From Octopus sinensis (taxonomy: Eukaryota): a stretch of 64,000 bases of DNA. The DNA lies in NCBI RefSeq assembly GCF_006345805.1, contig NC_042998.1, forward strand, positions 200,074,001-200,138,000. Reading direction: 5' to 3'. This document shows, piece after piece, positions 51,360 through 64,000 of the stretch. A program made the position numbers and the translations under genes. Below the pieces are notes generated by a model. The model worked only from the letters and a program-made list of their open reading frames with translations, was not told the origin of the DNA and did no database searches. The first letter of the stretch is position 1, and each line of letters begins with the position of its first letter.

Positions 51360-54300
51360 ATGATTAATGAATTACAATTTATCAGCGGTCAAAAACAACT
51401 AAAATATCTTAAAAGATTTCAACAAGGTGAAAGAAGTTAACATTGTAAGTAAGTAACAAAATGCCGAAACATTCTTTGAGGGATGTGCAAATTATTTGAA
51501 AATGTTAATACCCAAAGAATTCTAGAATGACAAGAAATTGAAGGAAAATGCCAACCTGAATTGCCAAACAAATCCCATTTTATTGCCTCACATGGAAAGA
51601 ACAATATACTGACCAAAACAAATGCATCGGATTAGAGTTTATATACAGGAAAGCAAAGTTCTACCATTTAGAAATATGACATGTACTGAACACCAAAACA
51701 TTTGTGCAAATGGAAAACACAAATGGAAAACTCAATATATTTCCTTTTTTGAAAATAAAATAGGAAAATTATCAACTACGAAAGACAAAAGCAAAATACT
51801 TTATAAGGATACAAAATCCGAAATGAAAGCGGAACAGCAAACATTTGCTATTAAAAACAAAGCCCTTTTTGCAAAGATTAGCCCAAAACCCATGCATTTT
51901 AAAAGTCGTAAACAGTGAAGTCACTTAAACATCTCGAAGGCTTCTTTGTAAAAATTTGTGACTTTTAAAGATTTTTTTTATAGAATTAATGCTATTTAAT
52001 ATACGAAAAACTTGAAATATTGTGAATAACAAGGATTTTTGTCTAAAAATAAATTCTAAATATTTGTGTTTGTGTTTCCATATACGTATGTGCTTACATA
52101 TGTGTGTGTGTATGTGTGTGTGTGTGTGTGTGTGTGTATAGAATCTTTAGCTGTTTTAGACCTGGTAAACCAAAGTGATGATTAATATCCATATTTAGTT
52201 GTGAACGTTTATTGGATATTTTTCAAACGGGGTTTATCCCAAAATAACCTTATTTTATTCTTTCGTTGTTATATTATGTATAACTATAAAATCCTACACG
52301 GTTTCTTGTCATTTCAGAGATTTTTAACATTCATTAAAATTAGATTGTTGAAATTAGATTTCGCTACGTGTCAAGCTTTATGCAAATTAGACTTTGTTAA
52401 TATAATATTAATTGTTGAGTGTTTTTTTTTACTCACTAAATATTTGATCCCAACCAGTTTCAATTTAATACATTCTCATTAACGAAATATCAATTTCTAG
52501 ATTAGGTAGAAGAACTACATGCTATTAAGAGAAGATGAGATTATAGAAGCATCTGAAAGGCATTAATGTCAACTGGGAAGTTGTATTAATTGGGAGTTAT
52601 GGAATAGCATCATCTGTTGAGAAATGGACAAAATGTTTGCACGTGTTTGTTACATCTCTTTACACTCAGATGTGAATTATAAAAATTAGCTAAATGTAAC
52701 TTTCATCTAATCGGTCGATAAACTACACAACTGTCAAGTATTCTGACTGAATGTTCAGATTATATACATATATATCTTCCAACGAAATATTCTGCATGTC
52801 ACTAATATCTTACATAACGACACGACCTCGAATGTAGTGGATTGAGATTACCAATGAGATCGATCCGAGTAAGCAATTATTTCAGCGACGCCTGTAAAAC
52901 AACACTCGTTAAATATGTACTTACATTTCAAGTGAGAACGAAAATTGCCTCAACCAAATACCGCCAGCCATTTTACCTGTCGTGTTACTCATTCTCAGAG
53001 TCCACCGACCTTGGCAGTTAGAAGTAATTTCTTGAGTAAGTGAACGGATGATTATGATAAAAGCAGAGACTTCAGTTATGATTCAAACTATTTCATGTCA
53101 GACATGTACAGTGAGCAGAAATCGCACGTAGAAAAGATTTCAAACCTTATTCAAAGCAAATTCACCCCATATATTATTGGCTGAAGAAGATCATACTCAG
53201 TCACCTGATCTGAAAGACTTAACAGTCGAAATTTCTTATAGTCTCATTTGTTAAATATAGAAAATAAAATCGGAAAATCTTGAATAGATATATTTCATCA
53301 TGAATTTCAATTGCTTCGATATGACCTGTTGTTAAAGAACGACACAACTGCCACATGAACCACCAACGTGAAGAGCGAATGGAAATGTTTTATATAAATT
53401 TAAACAAAATACATATGTGTGAAATCAATAACTTAATTAACAAATAAAATTAATGGAAGAACATAAACCATATAATATATACAAAAATTCTTTTAACAGA
53501 AAAGTATGATTGTGTAGTTAATAAAAAATTTGCAAAAAATTAGGTCAAAATTGGATTCCACTGCACAGCATCATACGGAAAATGTTTCCTCATACCTTCA
53601 AACTACATTCCGTTTTCAACATATTGTAATAGCTTACAGTAATTTAGTTCATATAAAACTCATACGAAGTGAAGGTCAACTTGATACTAAGTAGTAGTTT
53701 ATATGTACTAACTCTTGTTTGTGTGATATCATGTCACAAACACCCTATATGATATATTCGCCTTCCTAACATTCGAAGTGTAGTATTTTCAAGATTTATT
53801 TTAAATGTTTACATAATGACTACAAAAATTTCTTTCTTTATCTGAGAGATGAATCAATTTGGTCGCCACTTATACGCCATAGAAAAAGGACGTAAATATA
53901 TATGATTTCGATATATTTTGCTTAATTTACATGACATTATCCTATGACTATAGATTCTTTTGTATCTTTTAGACTGATATTATCAATGGGCAAGTGATCT
54001 CTTTATCAACTTGTATAAATAAACTAAATTAGTTCAGCATCTAATAACATACAAAGCAACTTTATTGAATCTTGAAGTCGTTCAATATATTTTTCTTTTA
54101 GTATCGTAAAACAGCCATCATAAAACAAATGAAGAATCCAACAAACGACAGCTATAGAGCTTTTCAAAAATACCTACATTCACGCATTTATGTAGAGTGC
54201 AGACATAGATACACATGCGCAGTAACCGACACGCACAGAAAGAAGCGCGCACGCACAGACAGACAGACACGTACACATGCGACGCGCGCACACGTAGCAT

Positions 54301-54727
54301 AGAGACAAAAGGTGAATATACAACCATTCCAATGATGTGAGTCGCTTATTTTTCCTTTGCTAATTTGTTTTTATTTTCGGAACAATGGCTGCTGATTCAC
54401 TTAATGTAGTATAAGTGAATTTCTTAATCTGTTCACCAAATATTCTACTCTGATTAGGAGGTAAAAAAAAGAAAATGAAAGCAAAAAAATATTTTAATTC
54501 TGTTTTTCTCTTTGCGCAGATTAACAGATTTTAGTGTCATCTGTCAATGAAACGCAGAGATAACAACAGTATATATACTTGTCGTGACAAGCTATTCTCT
54601 TCCAAACGTGTACTCGTCTGCTTTTTGTATAGGTATGTAGCAGTGATAAAGAAAATTAGTTACAGATCAATCTACACACATTTCTTGGTACTCGTCTACT
54701 ACGTGTTACTTGTTCGCATTCTCCTCG

Positions 54728-54761
<34 letters not shown>

Positions 54762-56012
54762 TATATAACCTATAAACACACACACACAGACGCACACGTA
54801 TATATATTTATACGTGGAGTGCTGAAAATATCAAGGCTTTTGAGATAACGCGAAAGGCCTGGTAAGAAATTCCGAGTTCTTTTTCAGGGCTGGGAGAAAT
54901 TGAAGGACCACTGCAATAAATGTGTGAATCTAAGAGAGGACTATGTGGAATAAAATCATAATCAACAGATACTCTTGTATTTTCTTTTACCCAAAGCCAG
55001 GAACTTTGTATATATATATATGCCCTTAGACTCAGTATAATTCCCATATAATTATCCGTGGCAGACAGTGTCTAAGTATAGGGGAACCACGTAAAAATCC
55101 AGGAAAATATCGGAAGAACGGAACATGTAAAAAAAAAGGATTATTTAGTGATGAAAGGAAGAAAATAATTAGTGTTTTCTTCACTGCGGATAATGTTTCT
55201 TCTTAAGAGAAAAACATAAAAGAAAAATATAATTAGCAGAGAAAAGAAGGGAGAAGAAAACTGTATTTAATGTGCATTGAACGGTTGATGGATTATAGGG
55301 AAAAGAGAAATAGGATTTTTCGCTTAAAGCGTGAGTTTGTTGTCTGTGCATACATTCATGTATAATATACTATGTGTATTATACATGAATGGAGTTCAGT
55401 GTGCATATATTCATGTATAATACACTATGTGTGTATACGCGAATATGTATTATAGTGGAGAATGAGTCGAAGCATAAAAGCCCATGTATACACTCGAGTA
55501 TGAGTGGAGTTTACTTACTATTTTGTGTGTGTGTGTTTGTTGTTTTGGCTGTGTGAAATAAGACGCAAATGTGTATATTTGAGCGTTGGTGCATGCGTCT
55601 AATGTGGAGTACCAGGACCATTCTCTTACGATATGATTCCTTTCCAGTATGTAGCAACTTTGCTATATTCAGCATGATTGATGTCCATCAAGTAGAACTT
55701 CAGCTTTAAAACTGTTGAGAATTGGGGACTTCTTGACTGTCCCGTGCCAATAAACAGGAACTACTTTGATATTAAGAAGCTTTCAAAATACCTCACTGCC
55801 AAGCATATAAACTACAAGCATTATACTGGCTCCAATGTCGAATCAACTTCGTCATTAAACTTTTACGTCACCATTGCACCATTTTATGTAACTAATCACA
55901 AATTACCGTACACAGTTCCCTAAAATCAACTTGTCTCTATTAGACTAGAACAACTTCTCATTCACTCTTTTCCTGAAAACACAAACCTAGTCGGCGGCAC
56001 TCTTTGTCCCTT

Positions 56013-56102
56013 CATCTTTCTCTCACTATCTCCCGCCATCTTTCTCTCACTATCTCCCTCCATTTCCTCTCACTATCTCCCGTCATCTTTCTCTCACTAT
56101 CT
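56013..56102. repeat. ~24-bp minisatellite, 4 copies
   Basis: Unit CATCTTTCTCTCACTATCTCCCGC. Confidence 0.9.
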
Positions 56103-56446
56103 GTCTGTATAGATGATGGACACTTCCGTCGAAGATGACGTATGAGTTTTCGGCGAGAGGAGAAAATAATAAAAACAAATCCAACCAAATAAACAGTCAA
56201 CAAAAGTCCAACATTTTGCTATTACTTCTGTTCACAAATGTTTACAATTCAGTCATTTCACCTGTTGACTCCTCATGTCAGTTCTTAGAAAACCGAAAGG
56301 AAAATGGATATGAGCTTCACTTACTAAATGGCGCATAACCTGAGAAATCACATTGTGGTCGACGGTCGTTCCCAGAAAGAATGTAGTTCTGTTAATTTAT
56401 GTTTCTATTTTCAGGTAAATGCTCATGATGAAATACTCTTAGGTAT

Positions 56447-56520
56447 TTTGGAAACTGGAAAAAAATTTTGAAACTGGAAAAAAATTTTGAAACTGGAAAA
56501 AAATTTGAAACTGGAAAAAA
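56447..56520. repeat. Short A/T-rich tandem repeat, about 4 copies
   Basis: Unit (T)TTTGAAACTGGAAAAAAA. Confidence 0.9.
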
Positions 56521-56743
56521 GTACTCTCTCCTCCTTTCTGCACTGTTTCTCGAAGTTCTTAGATAAAAAATATGTTGTACCTCTTTGAATAGACAGTGAA
56601 TCACTATATTTGTGCATCCGCTGTAGGACTTTGGATATCAAAATATATAAAAAAATATTTTTGTGTTCTGCTATTTGTGCTAATTCACATTTTCATTTCA
56701 TCTTAAGCGGGTTTTCTTAGTACTCATTCTAAACTTTCTAAAC

Positions 56744-56775
<32 letters not shown>

Positions 56776-57521
56776 AGTTGTAAAATAAGGACAAAACCGG
56801 AAATTTGTTGCTTTAGTCAATAAATTTCTGCCTTATAGTGGTTCTTTATTCTGCCGATGCCGGAAAAATGAATGACGAAGTTGACCTCGGCTGTATTTAA
56901 ATGCAGACAATACAGACCCAGAATAATCTATGCTATAATGGGGAAAGCTGCTTATTAATTAGTTCAAAAATGTAGCTTTTACTAGAAGAAAGCAATTATT
57001 ACAGTCTGCATTGTCGTCAAAATGCTTTAAAATTCTTAATATATATTCTTATCAAAATATGGTTTTGTAGTTTCTTTCATTATTGAACATTCACTAACAC
57101 ACTTCAATCACGAAGCTCATCTTTATTCACAGCAACATCTCCATTTCTTTCTTTGTTTCCTTGTTCCTTTGCTTCTCTCTCTACCGCTCTATTCAATTAT
57201 TTTCTTTAAAATTTCGTAATTATAAACTTTTTGTTTGAAATATTGTAAGAATATTTGTGAAATTACTTAGAAGTTTTCTTTAGTTTCAGACAAATGTTTT
57301 AACCATGCTCATTTAAATAATGAAAGCCTAAGATTATTTTGTCAAAATAAAATTTGCATTTGTTCTTATATTGATGTTCGTCTTCTTTCTTCTGTCTTCT
57401 GCCTCTTACAATCTTCTTTGATAACGCTTGCACTATCACTCCATTTAATATTTTTTCTTTCCCCTTCCCTCCTGCACACTTTGACACTTTCACCTTGTTT
57501 CATTGCAACACACATACAGTA

Positions 57522-57555
<34 letters not shown>

Positions 57556-57759
57556 CCTCGTTATATATATATAACATTTATTGGCGCACACGTGGTAAGA
57601 AGCTTGCTTTCAACCACATGGTTCTGCATTCAGTCCTACTGCGTGCAACTTGGGTGAATGTCTTCTAATAAAGCTTCGGGCAGACCAAAGCCTTATGAGT
57701 GAATTTGGTAGACGGAAACTGAAAGAAGCTCGTCGTATATATATATATATATATATATA

Positions 57760-57960
57760 AAAATGTGACCTCGTGTGTACCGTTGACGATTTTTTCCTCT
57801 GTCTTCCCTTCTCAGGATCTTTCCTTCTCTTATGTTTCCGACGAAGAGCTCCGTTCGAAACGTTAAACCCTCCTTCTTTCCTGGGCGTCCAATAATACTA
57901 TATTTGTTCCACGTCCTCGAGTTGTTGTGTTTGTTTTGTGCTTTCTTGTTAGGATTAACT
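57760..57960 (+). mobile_element. 200-bp element with a hammerhead motif, probably a Penelope-like terminal repeat (pLTR)
   Basis: Flanked by (TA)n on both sides; contains the motif at 57834-57868. Confidence 0.6.
57834..57868 (+). ncRNA. Minimal type I hammerhead-ribozyme motif (U4C core variant)
   Basis: GTTT-CCGACGA-A-GAGC-TCC-GTTC-GAAA-CGT-T-AAAC; palindromic ACGT stem III. Confidence 0.65.
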
Positions 57961-58234
57961 ATATATATATGTGTGCGTGTGTGTGTGTGTGTGTACGTTT
58001 GTGTGTATGTGTGTGAGTGTGTGTGTATGTCTGTGTGTATGCGTGTGTGTGTTTGCCTTCGTAACTTAGCTTTTCGGCAAAAGAGACAGATAGAATAAGT
58101 ACCAAGCTTAATGAATAAGTACAGGGTTCGATCTCTTCGACTAAAAGGCGGTGCTCCAGTATGGCCATAATCACATGACTGAAGGAAGTAAAATAATAAA
58201 ACAATGAAAGTTTATACATACAGCTTTACCCTGC

Positions 58235-58530
58235 ATCGGTAACGACTACGAGTGTTCTAGCTGATACCATTAACCGAACATCTAGTTCGGCAAATCAATG
58301 TGCAAGTGGCTGGGCGCTACACAGTTAAGCGTCCCCTTAACGTAATTCTCAAAGTGATACAGTGTCACACACAATGTGTAAACCCTGGCACTTTCAGTTA
58401 CAGGGACTATTTATTTTTGCAAGCTGAGTGGACTGAGGTAATGAGAAATAAAGTGTTTTGCTGAAGGTAATTGCACTCATGACCGTAAGGTCTTGAGCCG
58501 AATAACCTAATCGCTTAGCTAGGTGCCTTC
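58235..58530 (-). mobile_element. Degraded SINE with a family D-like head and family C-like tail
   Basis: GCTGAGTGGACTGAGG...AAATAAAGTGTTTTGCT matches D; CAAGTGGCTG...CCTTAACGTAATTCTC matches the reverse complement of the C tail. Confidence 0.55.
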
Positions 58531-58657
58531 AGGATCTACCTAGCTATCTATATCGCTAGATAGCTATCTGTCTGGCTCTCTATATATATACCCATATTTA
58601 TAGCTATCTATCTCTATATATATATGTATATACATACATACACATACATATACTTAA

Positions 58658-58689
<32 letters not shown>

Positions 58690-58824
58690 GTAAAACCCGT
58701 GCACGAAACGCGTTTGTTATCCAGAATGGAGGCGAACACCTTCATGTGATCGGTTTGAAAGATACTTGGATATTCTACTCTACTTAACATGAAAGTAATG
58801 GTAGCCTTAATTCACCAATAAAGA

Positions 58825-58856
<32 letters not shown>

Positions 58857-58857
58857 A

Positions 58858-58914
<57 letters not shown>

Positions 58915-59181
58915 TAAGCGCATTACTATACATAAATGCCTCACGCTAGGGGAGACTCAAAACCACCAAAGATAAATAAACACATTGTACCGAATACGAA
59001 GGGATGCAACTCTCGAAGCGGATATTTTAAAAACAGAATTCAGCTGCATATCATACGATTTCATGTTTAGTGCACAACTGCACTTTTTAATCTTCTGAAA
59101 ATTAAGAAATGTACTCGTGAAAGACGGGTGGTAGGCGCATATCACCCAAATCACACTGCTAACGATATATATATATATTCA

Positions 59182-59590
59182 TTTACTCTTTTACTCTTTT
59201 ACTTGTTTCAATCATTTGACTGTGGCCATGCTGGAGCACCACCTTTTTAGTCGAGCAAATCGACCCCACGACTTATTCTTTGTAAGCCTAGTACTTATTC
59301 TATCGGTCTCTTTTGCCGAACCGCTAAGTTACGGGGACCTAAACACACCAGCATCGGTTGTCAAGCAATGTTGGGGGGGGGGTAAACACAAACACACAAA
59401 CATATACACATACACATACATACATATATACATATATACGACGGGCTTCTTTCAGTTTCCGTCTACCAAATCCACTCACAAGGCTTTGGTCGGCCCGAGG
59501 CTATAGTAGAAGACACTTGCCCAAGGTGCCACGCAATGGGACTGATCCCGGAACCATATTGTTCGTAAGCAAGCTACTTACCACACAGCC
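59182..59590 (-). mobile_element. SINE family B
   Basis: Near full-length match. Confidence 0.92.
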
Positions 59591-61524
59591 TCCAATAACC
59601 TTCCAAGTGAATACCGCAGTGTTCGACGTTCTAACAGAAGATCTACATTAAGTTGGATATAAAAATTACCTTTTGATATTAATACTGATTCTGTTCCCAA
59701 GAATCATTTTAGTCCTCTGGCTATTTGCGACTCGTTTGTCGGCGGAAAGAAGAAAATTTAGAGAAAAGAAAAATGCATTAACAGTAGTGGTAATAATAGT
59801 ATCGGCAGTAGTAGTTGTTTATATTGTTGCTATAGTAATACTGAATATATGTCATTAATATGGAAGAAGGTTAGAGTCGATTTGGTCGATCCCCAAACCT
59901 ACTTGTCTTATTTTCTCATTTCCGTTTGCTTCAAAGATGCTTTGTTTATTTTTTTAATTCCATATCTAGGTCATTTCTTACATTCGTATCCCTCTGATGT
60001 ATATCTTGTTCCACATTTACCATTAAATATCTTTCTACTCCTAACAGAGAAACATGCTACTGCGCCCACCTCCTTACTCTATAACTGTATCATTCCAGAT
60101 TTTTTTGTTTGATCGAGATCTTGCAAAGAACGTTTTCAATTGGGCAGACACGAACTATTTGTTTTCAACAAAGAATTGTTGTCGGTTATCATAATGGGAG
60201 AGTCTTCGATTTCCTCATTATGATTTCCTTTGTCTCGAACATCCTTCGATTTCCATTTTTTCTGTTTTCTTTATTGACTGTTTCATATACTGTAATAGCT
60301 TTCTTTTTATAAGGATTTCTCTGCTTCTCTTATAGACCTGTCGCTTAATTTGAGATATATTTCTATCTTCATTATATATGTATACATATATGCATTATAT
60401 ACTTTTGCCTCACTGCCATTTTATTATTAGGGGGTTATCTCTGAGTCAGCATATCGTTGGTTGACACGAAAAACTTCATACATTGGAATTCTTTGACTTT
60501 CGATATTTAGAGTATCATAATATTTAGAATTAACGACTTTAGAAATAATTTCATCTGATACATTTTTCAGAAACGTGTGTCATTGTGTACATTGAGACAG
60601 CGTGTCAAAATCATTGAATATTAAAGCATATTATCTTCTCTAATCCCCGTGTGTCTCTTCGTTTCTACCTTATCTCTTTAGAATTTTCTATAAAAAAACA
60701 CGAGGATTACTTGTAAAACACAGCCTTACAACCCCGTCAAAATTTCATTATCAAACACAACATGCTTATCGTACAAGTCACCAGGTGTTGTACGTTGACT
60801 CGATGACGTAATGAATTTATGATTCGATGGACTGGTTGATTTGTTTTGAAATGTACTGGTTGTTGATCTCCTAATTTGGGATTCTTTTATTTTCCAAGCG
60901 TTACACCAAACTTTTAGGTGTATGTTTACCACGTTCACACGTTTCATACACTTATTTTAGTTGTTTGTATTATGTTTTCAGTCGCATACTGCTTTCACAT
61001 ACATATCCAATTCTTCTCAATTCCTATAACTGATATTTTATCATTCATGTTATCTTAATTTTGATGAAAGAAAACATATATTTTCATAAGTATTTATGTT
61101 CTTAACAGTAAGCATGTATCATTTCGATATCTAAGAGGAATATTTTTACCATGTATCATCAAAATTTTATGTGTATAGAATTTTAAAGTAGGTGTCCTCT
61201 TAATTTTAGGAATATATCGCCTCATTCTTTGTTTAATTTTAAATGCATTACCTCTAAATACTATTTTTTTAAATATTAGCTATTTACTAAATCTTAAATA
61301 GATATTTTATTCAATTTATAGCATGCATCTACATTAATTATTCAAAGTATTTTACTTAAATGTTAAGTATATTTTATTTTATACCATAAACGTTATTAGA
61401 AATACATAAATGTTGCCATCGTTACAGCGTATGATTTGCATTTTTATTTACCGACTTCATACGGAGGAGGCAGAAAGACTGCATAGCATGTTGTCCGTGG
61501 TTCTAACAATACCTTAGATCGCAA

Positions 61525-61693
61525 CGTTAATAATAATGATAATAATGATAATGATGAGGATAATAATAATAATAAAATAATAATAATAATAACAATAATA
61601 ATAATGATGATAATAACAACAATGATGATGATGATGATGATAATAATAAAAATATTAATAATAATAATATTAATAATAATAATATTAATACTT

Positions 61694-61727
<34 letters not shown>

Positions 61728-61728
61728 C

Positions 61729-61769
<41 letters not shown>

Positions 61770-61990
61770 GAAGAAGAAGAAGAAGAAGAAGACGAAGAAG
61801 AAGAAGAACGACGGCAACATTAACAACAGCAACAATAACAAAATCAACAATAATAATCATGATGATGATGATGATGATGATGATGATAATGATGATGACG
61901 ATGATAATAATAATAATAACAACAATACTACTACTACTACTACTAATAATAATAATAATTATTATTATTATGATAATAATAATAATGATG

Positions 61991-62073
<83 letters not shown>

Positions 62074-62100
62074 AAGCAGAAGAAGAAGAAGAAGAAGAAG
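61525..62100. repeat. ~580-bp compound trinucleotide microsatellite (AAT/GAT/GAA/AAC/ACT)
   Basis: Direct reading. Confidence 0.97.
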
Positions 62101-63395
62101 AATATCTATTATAGACAAACTTGTGGAAGATGGAATCAAACACAACGACATGAAGGAAAAGAATAAAAGAGAGTACCTGCGGCGAGTGAGAAATATATCG
62201 GTTGCAAATCTGAATGTCAGAAACATGATTGCGGCAATAAGCTCGTGCGCAGTCGTAGTAGTTCGGCATGGCGCTGGAATCCTAAAGTGGACAGAAGAGG
62301 AGCTAAAGGAGATGGACAGAAAATCGAAAGCTAACAATGCATGGAGCCCATCATCCAGGCGCAGTCACCGATCGCCTATACAGGAAGAGAGCAAATGGAG
62401 AAAGGGGACTGATAAGTGTGGGTGACTGCGTGCGTATTGAACTCGTGATCTTTATGAGATACCTAGCCGAAAGAAAGGAAACCTTGCTAGTGGCAGTTAG
62501 GAATGAGGGAGGATTGAGAGGAGAAAAAAAAGAAGGAAAACAAAGGAAGAAGTGCAAATATGACATGAAGAAGACTTACGCAAGAAGGGACTACACAATA
62601 AATTTCATGTAGCCAGTATAGAAGTTGATGGAAAAAATAGGTGGGATTAGTTGATGAAAGGAACATTAAAATAAGGGACCGAGAGCACTATACTGACAGT
62701 GCAATACCAAGCTTTGGCCACGAACTGAGGGTTAACTTAAGAATGAGCAAGTGTCTCTGCTGTGCCGCATCTGCAATAGACTGGATGAAGCCATTACCCA
62801 TATCATGAACAAATGTCCTAGGCTCGCCCAAAACCACTACAATTTGTTACGACAGGATCATGTTACGAATGTGCTACATGTGCGAAAAGTGGGGGTTAGA
62901 GAGAAGGAAGACGTGGTATGTGCACAAGCCACAAAGTGTGACAGAGTCGGAGACTAGCAACATCCTCTGGAATTTCGCATTCTTAACAAGCAAGATGCAC
63001 CACATATGCTATGTGGTTGATGTTACATGTCCCTTTCACCCACGAATAGTAAAGAAGGAAGGCGAAATGAAGGAGAAATACAACACAGTTAATACGAAAA
63101 ATCCCGGCTATGGAAAATGAAGAAGGTGAAGGTAGTACAAATTAATGTTGGGTCCTTGGGGACAGTATGAGAATGCATCAAGAGGAATATAAAGGAAATT
63201 GAAATACACTCCCCAGTAGAACTGCTACAAAAGATTTGCCTCCTTGGCACAGCCAGAATAATCAGCAAAGTATTACAGCAGATAGTTGAAAAGAACGGAT
63301 AGCATGGCTCTGTGGCCTGGAAGTAGCAAACCCGTTACGCATGCAAGTCTGCAGGAGCTCCAACAAAACCTGTGATGAAGAGAAATAATAATAAT
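62101..63395 (+). mobile_element. 5'-truncated R4/Dong-like LINE (RT C-terminus, CCHC knuckle, RLE), decayed
   Basis: IKHNDMKEKNKREYLRRVR; WTEEELKEMDRK; DRLYRKRANGERGLISV; CRICNRLDEAITHIMNKC; VVDVTCPF; LLQKICLLGTARII; (AAT)4 tail at 63384-63395. Confidence 0.88.
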
Positions 63396-63444
63396 ACTTT
63401 CTACTATAGATAGAACGCCTGAAATTTCATATCGACTCTGGACT

Positions 63445-63830
63445 ACGCAGATATTTAATCTTATTGACACAGAAAGGATGAAAGGCAAAGTCATCGGCGA
63501 AATTTGAACTCAGAATATTAAAAGGCGTAAAATATGTCACTAAGATTTTTGTTCAACGCGCTAAAGAATTATTTCTCTCTAGGCACATACTTCCCCTAGT
63601 TCGCCGTTTTGAAGGGATTTAATAATGGGTTTGAATTTGTGTACAAGACTAGCATGCTCGGGGAGAGGACGTAAATCAGTTACATCGACACCAGTGCTCA
63701 ATTGTTTATAATTTATCCTCAACCAGAAATTATGTAAAGCAAAGTCAACCTGGGTGGGATTAGAATTCAGAAATTAGGGACGGATGAAATTACGCTAAGT
63801 GTTTCCCCGGTATAGAGCGATTCTACCTTT
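63445..63830 (-). mobile_element. Two degraded SINE family A copies
   Basis: GAAAGGATGAAAGGCAAAGTC at 63471-63491; ATCGACACCAGTGC...GCAAAGTCAACCT at 63684-63751. Confidence 0.7.
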
Positions 63831-64000
63831 CACCGTCTTGGTGATATTCAATAATAGCGTGTACACCCTTCAGTAGCATAGCTTACGGTTTCATAGAGAA
63901 CGCTATATCTATGGAAACCTAAGGAGAGCTATACATTTTTGAATCATTCTTCCCTGACATAATACTAGTTGTACCTTCAAAATTCTTACTATTTTCTGGT

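Larger units (their letters stand above)
57583..58200 (+). mobile_element. SINE family B interrupted in its (TA)n tract by a 200-bp insertion
   Basis: Head 57583-57735 and tail 57990-58200 both match family B. Confidence 0.88.

Noticed and set aside
51480-51960. Possible highly decayed RLE-LINE (ORF 51622-51918)
   Set aside because: Only faint resemblance (QNTL*GYKI versus ILYPNYKF); not supportable without alignment.
53181-53230. CTGAAGA + AGATC/GATCT stem + GAAA hammerhead-like string
   Set aside because: Stem III cannot place U16.1 opposite A15.1 and there is no stem I pairing.
61444-62337. Long ORFs of poly-I/L/Y/YI/CV (also 5326-6350, 7082-8068, 16341-17302, 44244-44529, 48677-49246)
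   Set aside because: They are read-throughs of stop-free microsatellite frames and give no evidence of coding.

Overview
This is AT-rich, repeat-dense eukaryotic DNA. The SINE families and microsatellite load match what I recall of Octopus (coleoid cephalopod) genomes; that assignment is an inference. I could not identify any host protein-coding gene, rRNA, true tRNA gene or CRISPR array. Most ORFs in the supplied track are read-throughs of microsatellites, and every ORF with a recognisable motif belongs to a decayed transposon. The window holds a Tx1/L1 LINE 3' end, a Penelope-like element (RT C-terminus plus GIY-YIG), four CR1 fragments from two families, two RTE fragments, three restriction-like-endonuclease (R4/Dong/NeSL-type) LINE fragments, four Tc1/mariner fossils (two DD37D maT-type), two non-autonomous Helitrons, about 20 copies of four tRNA-derived SINE families, and many micro- and minisatellites. 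The best second-look items are: (1) two short elements each carrying a minimal hammerhead-ribozyme motif (57834-57868 +, 40482-40521 -), plus a half motif beside the Penelope fragment; (2) a 76-nt pre-miRNA-like hairpin in apparently unique DNA (36476-36551); (3) a 3' stem-loop architecture shared by one SINE family and two CR1 families; (4) RLE-LINEs sitting inside specific microsatellites; (5) a 163-codon unexplained open frame; (6) a ~330-bp tandem duplication containing an exon-like cassette whose donor is dead in one copy. Element boundaries without TSDs or TIRs are approximate.
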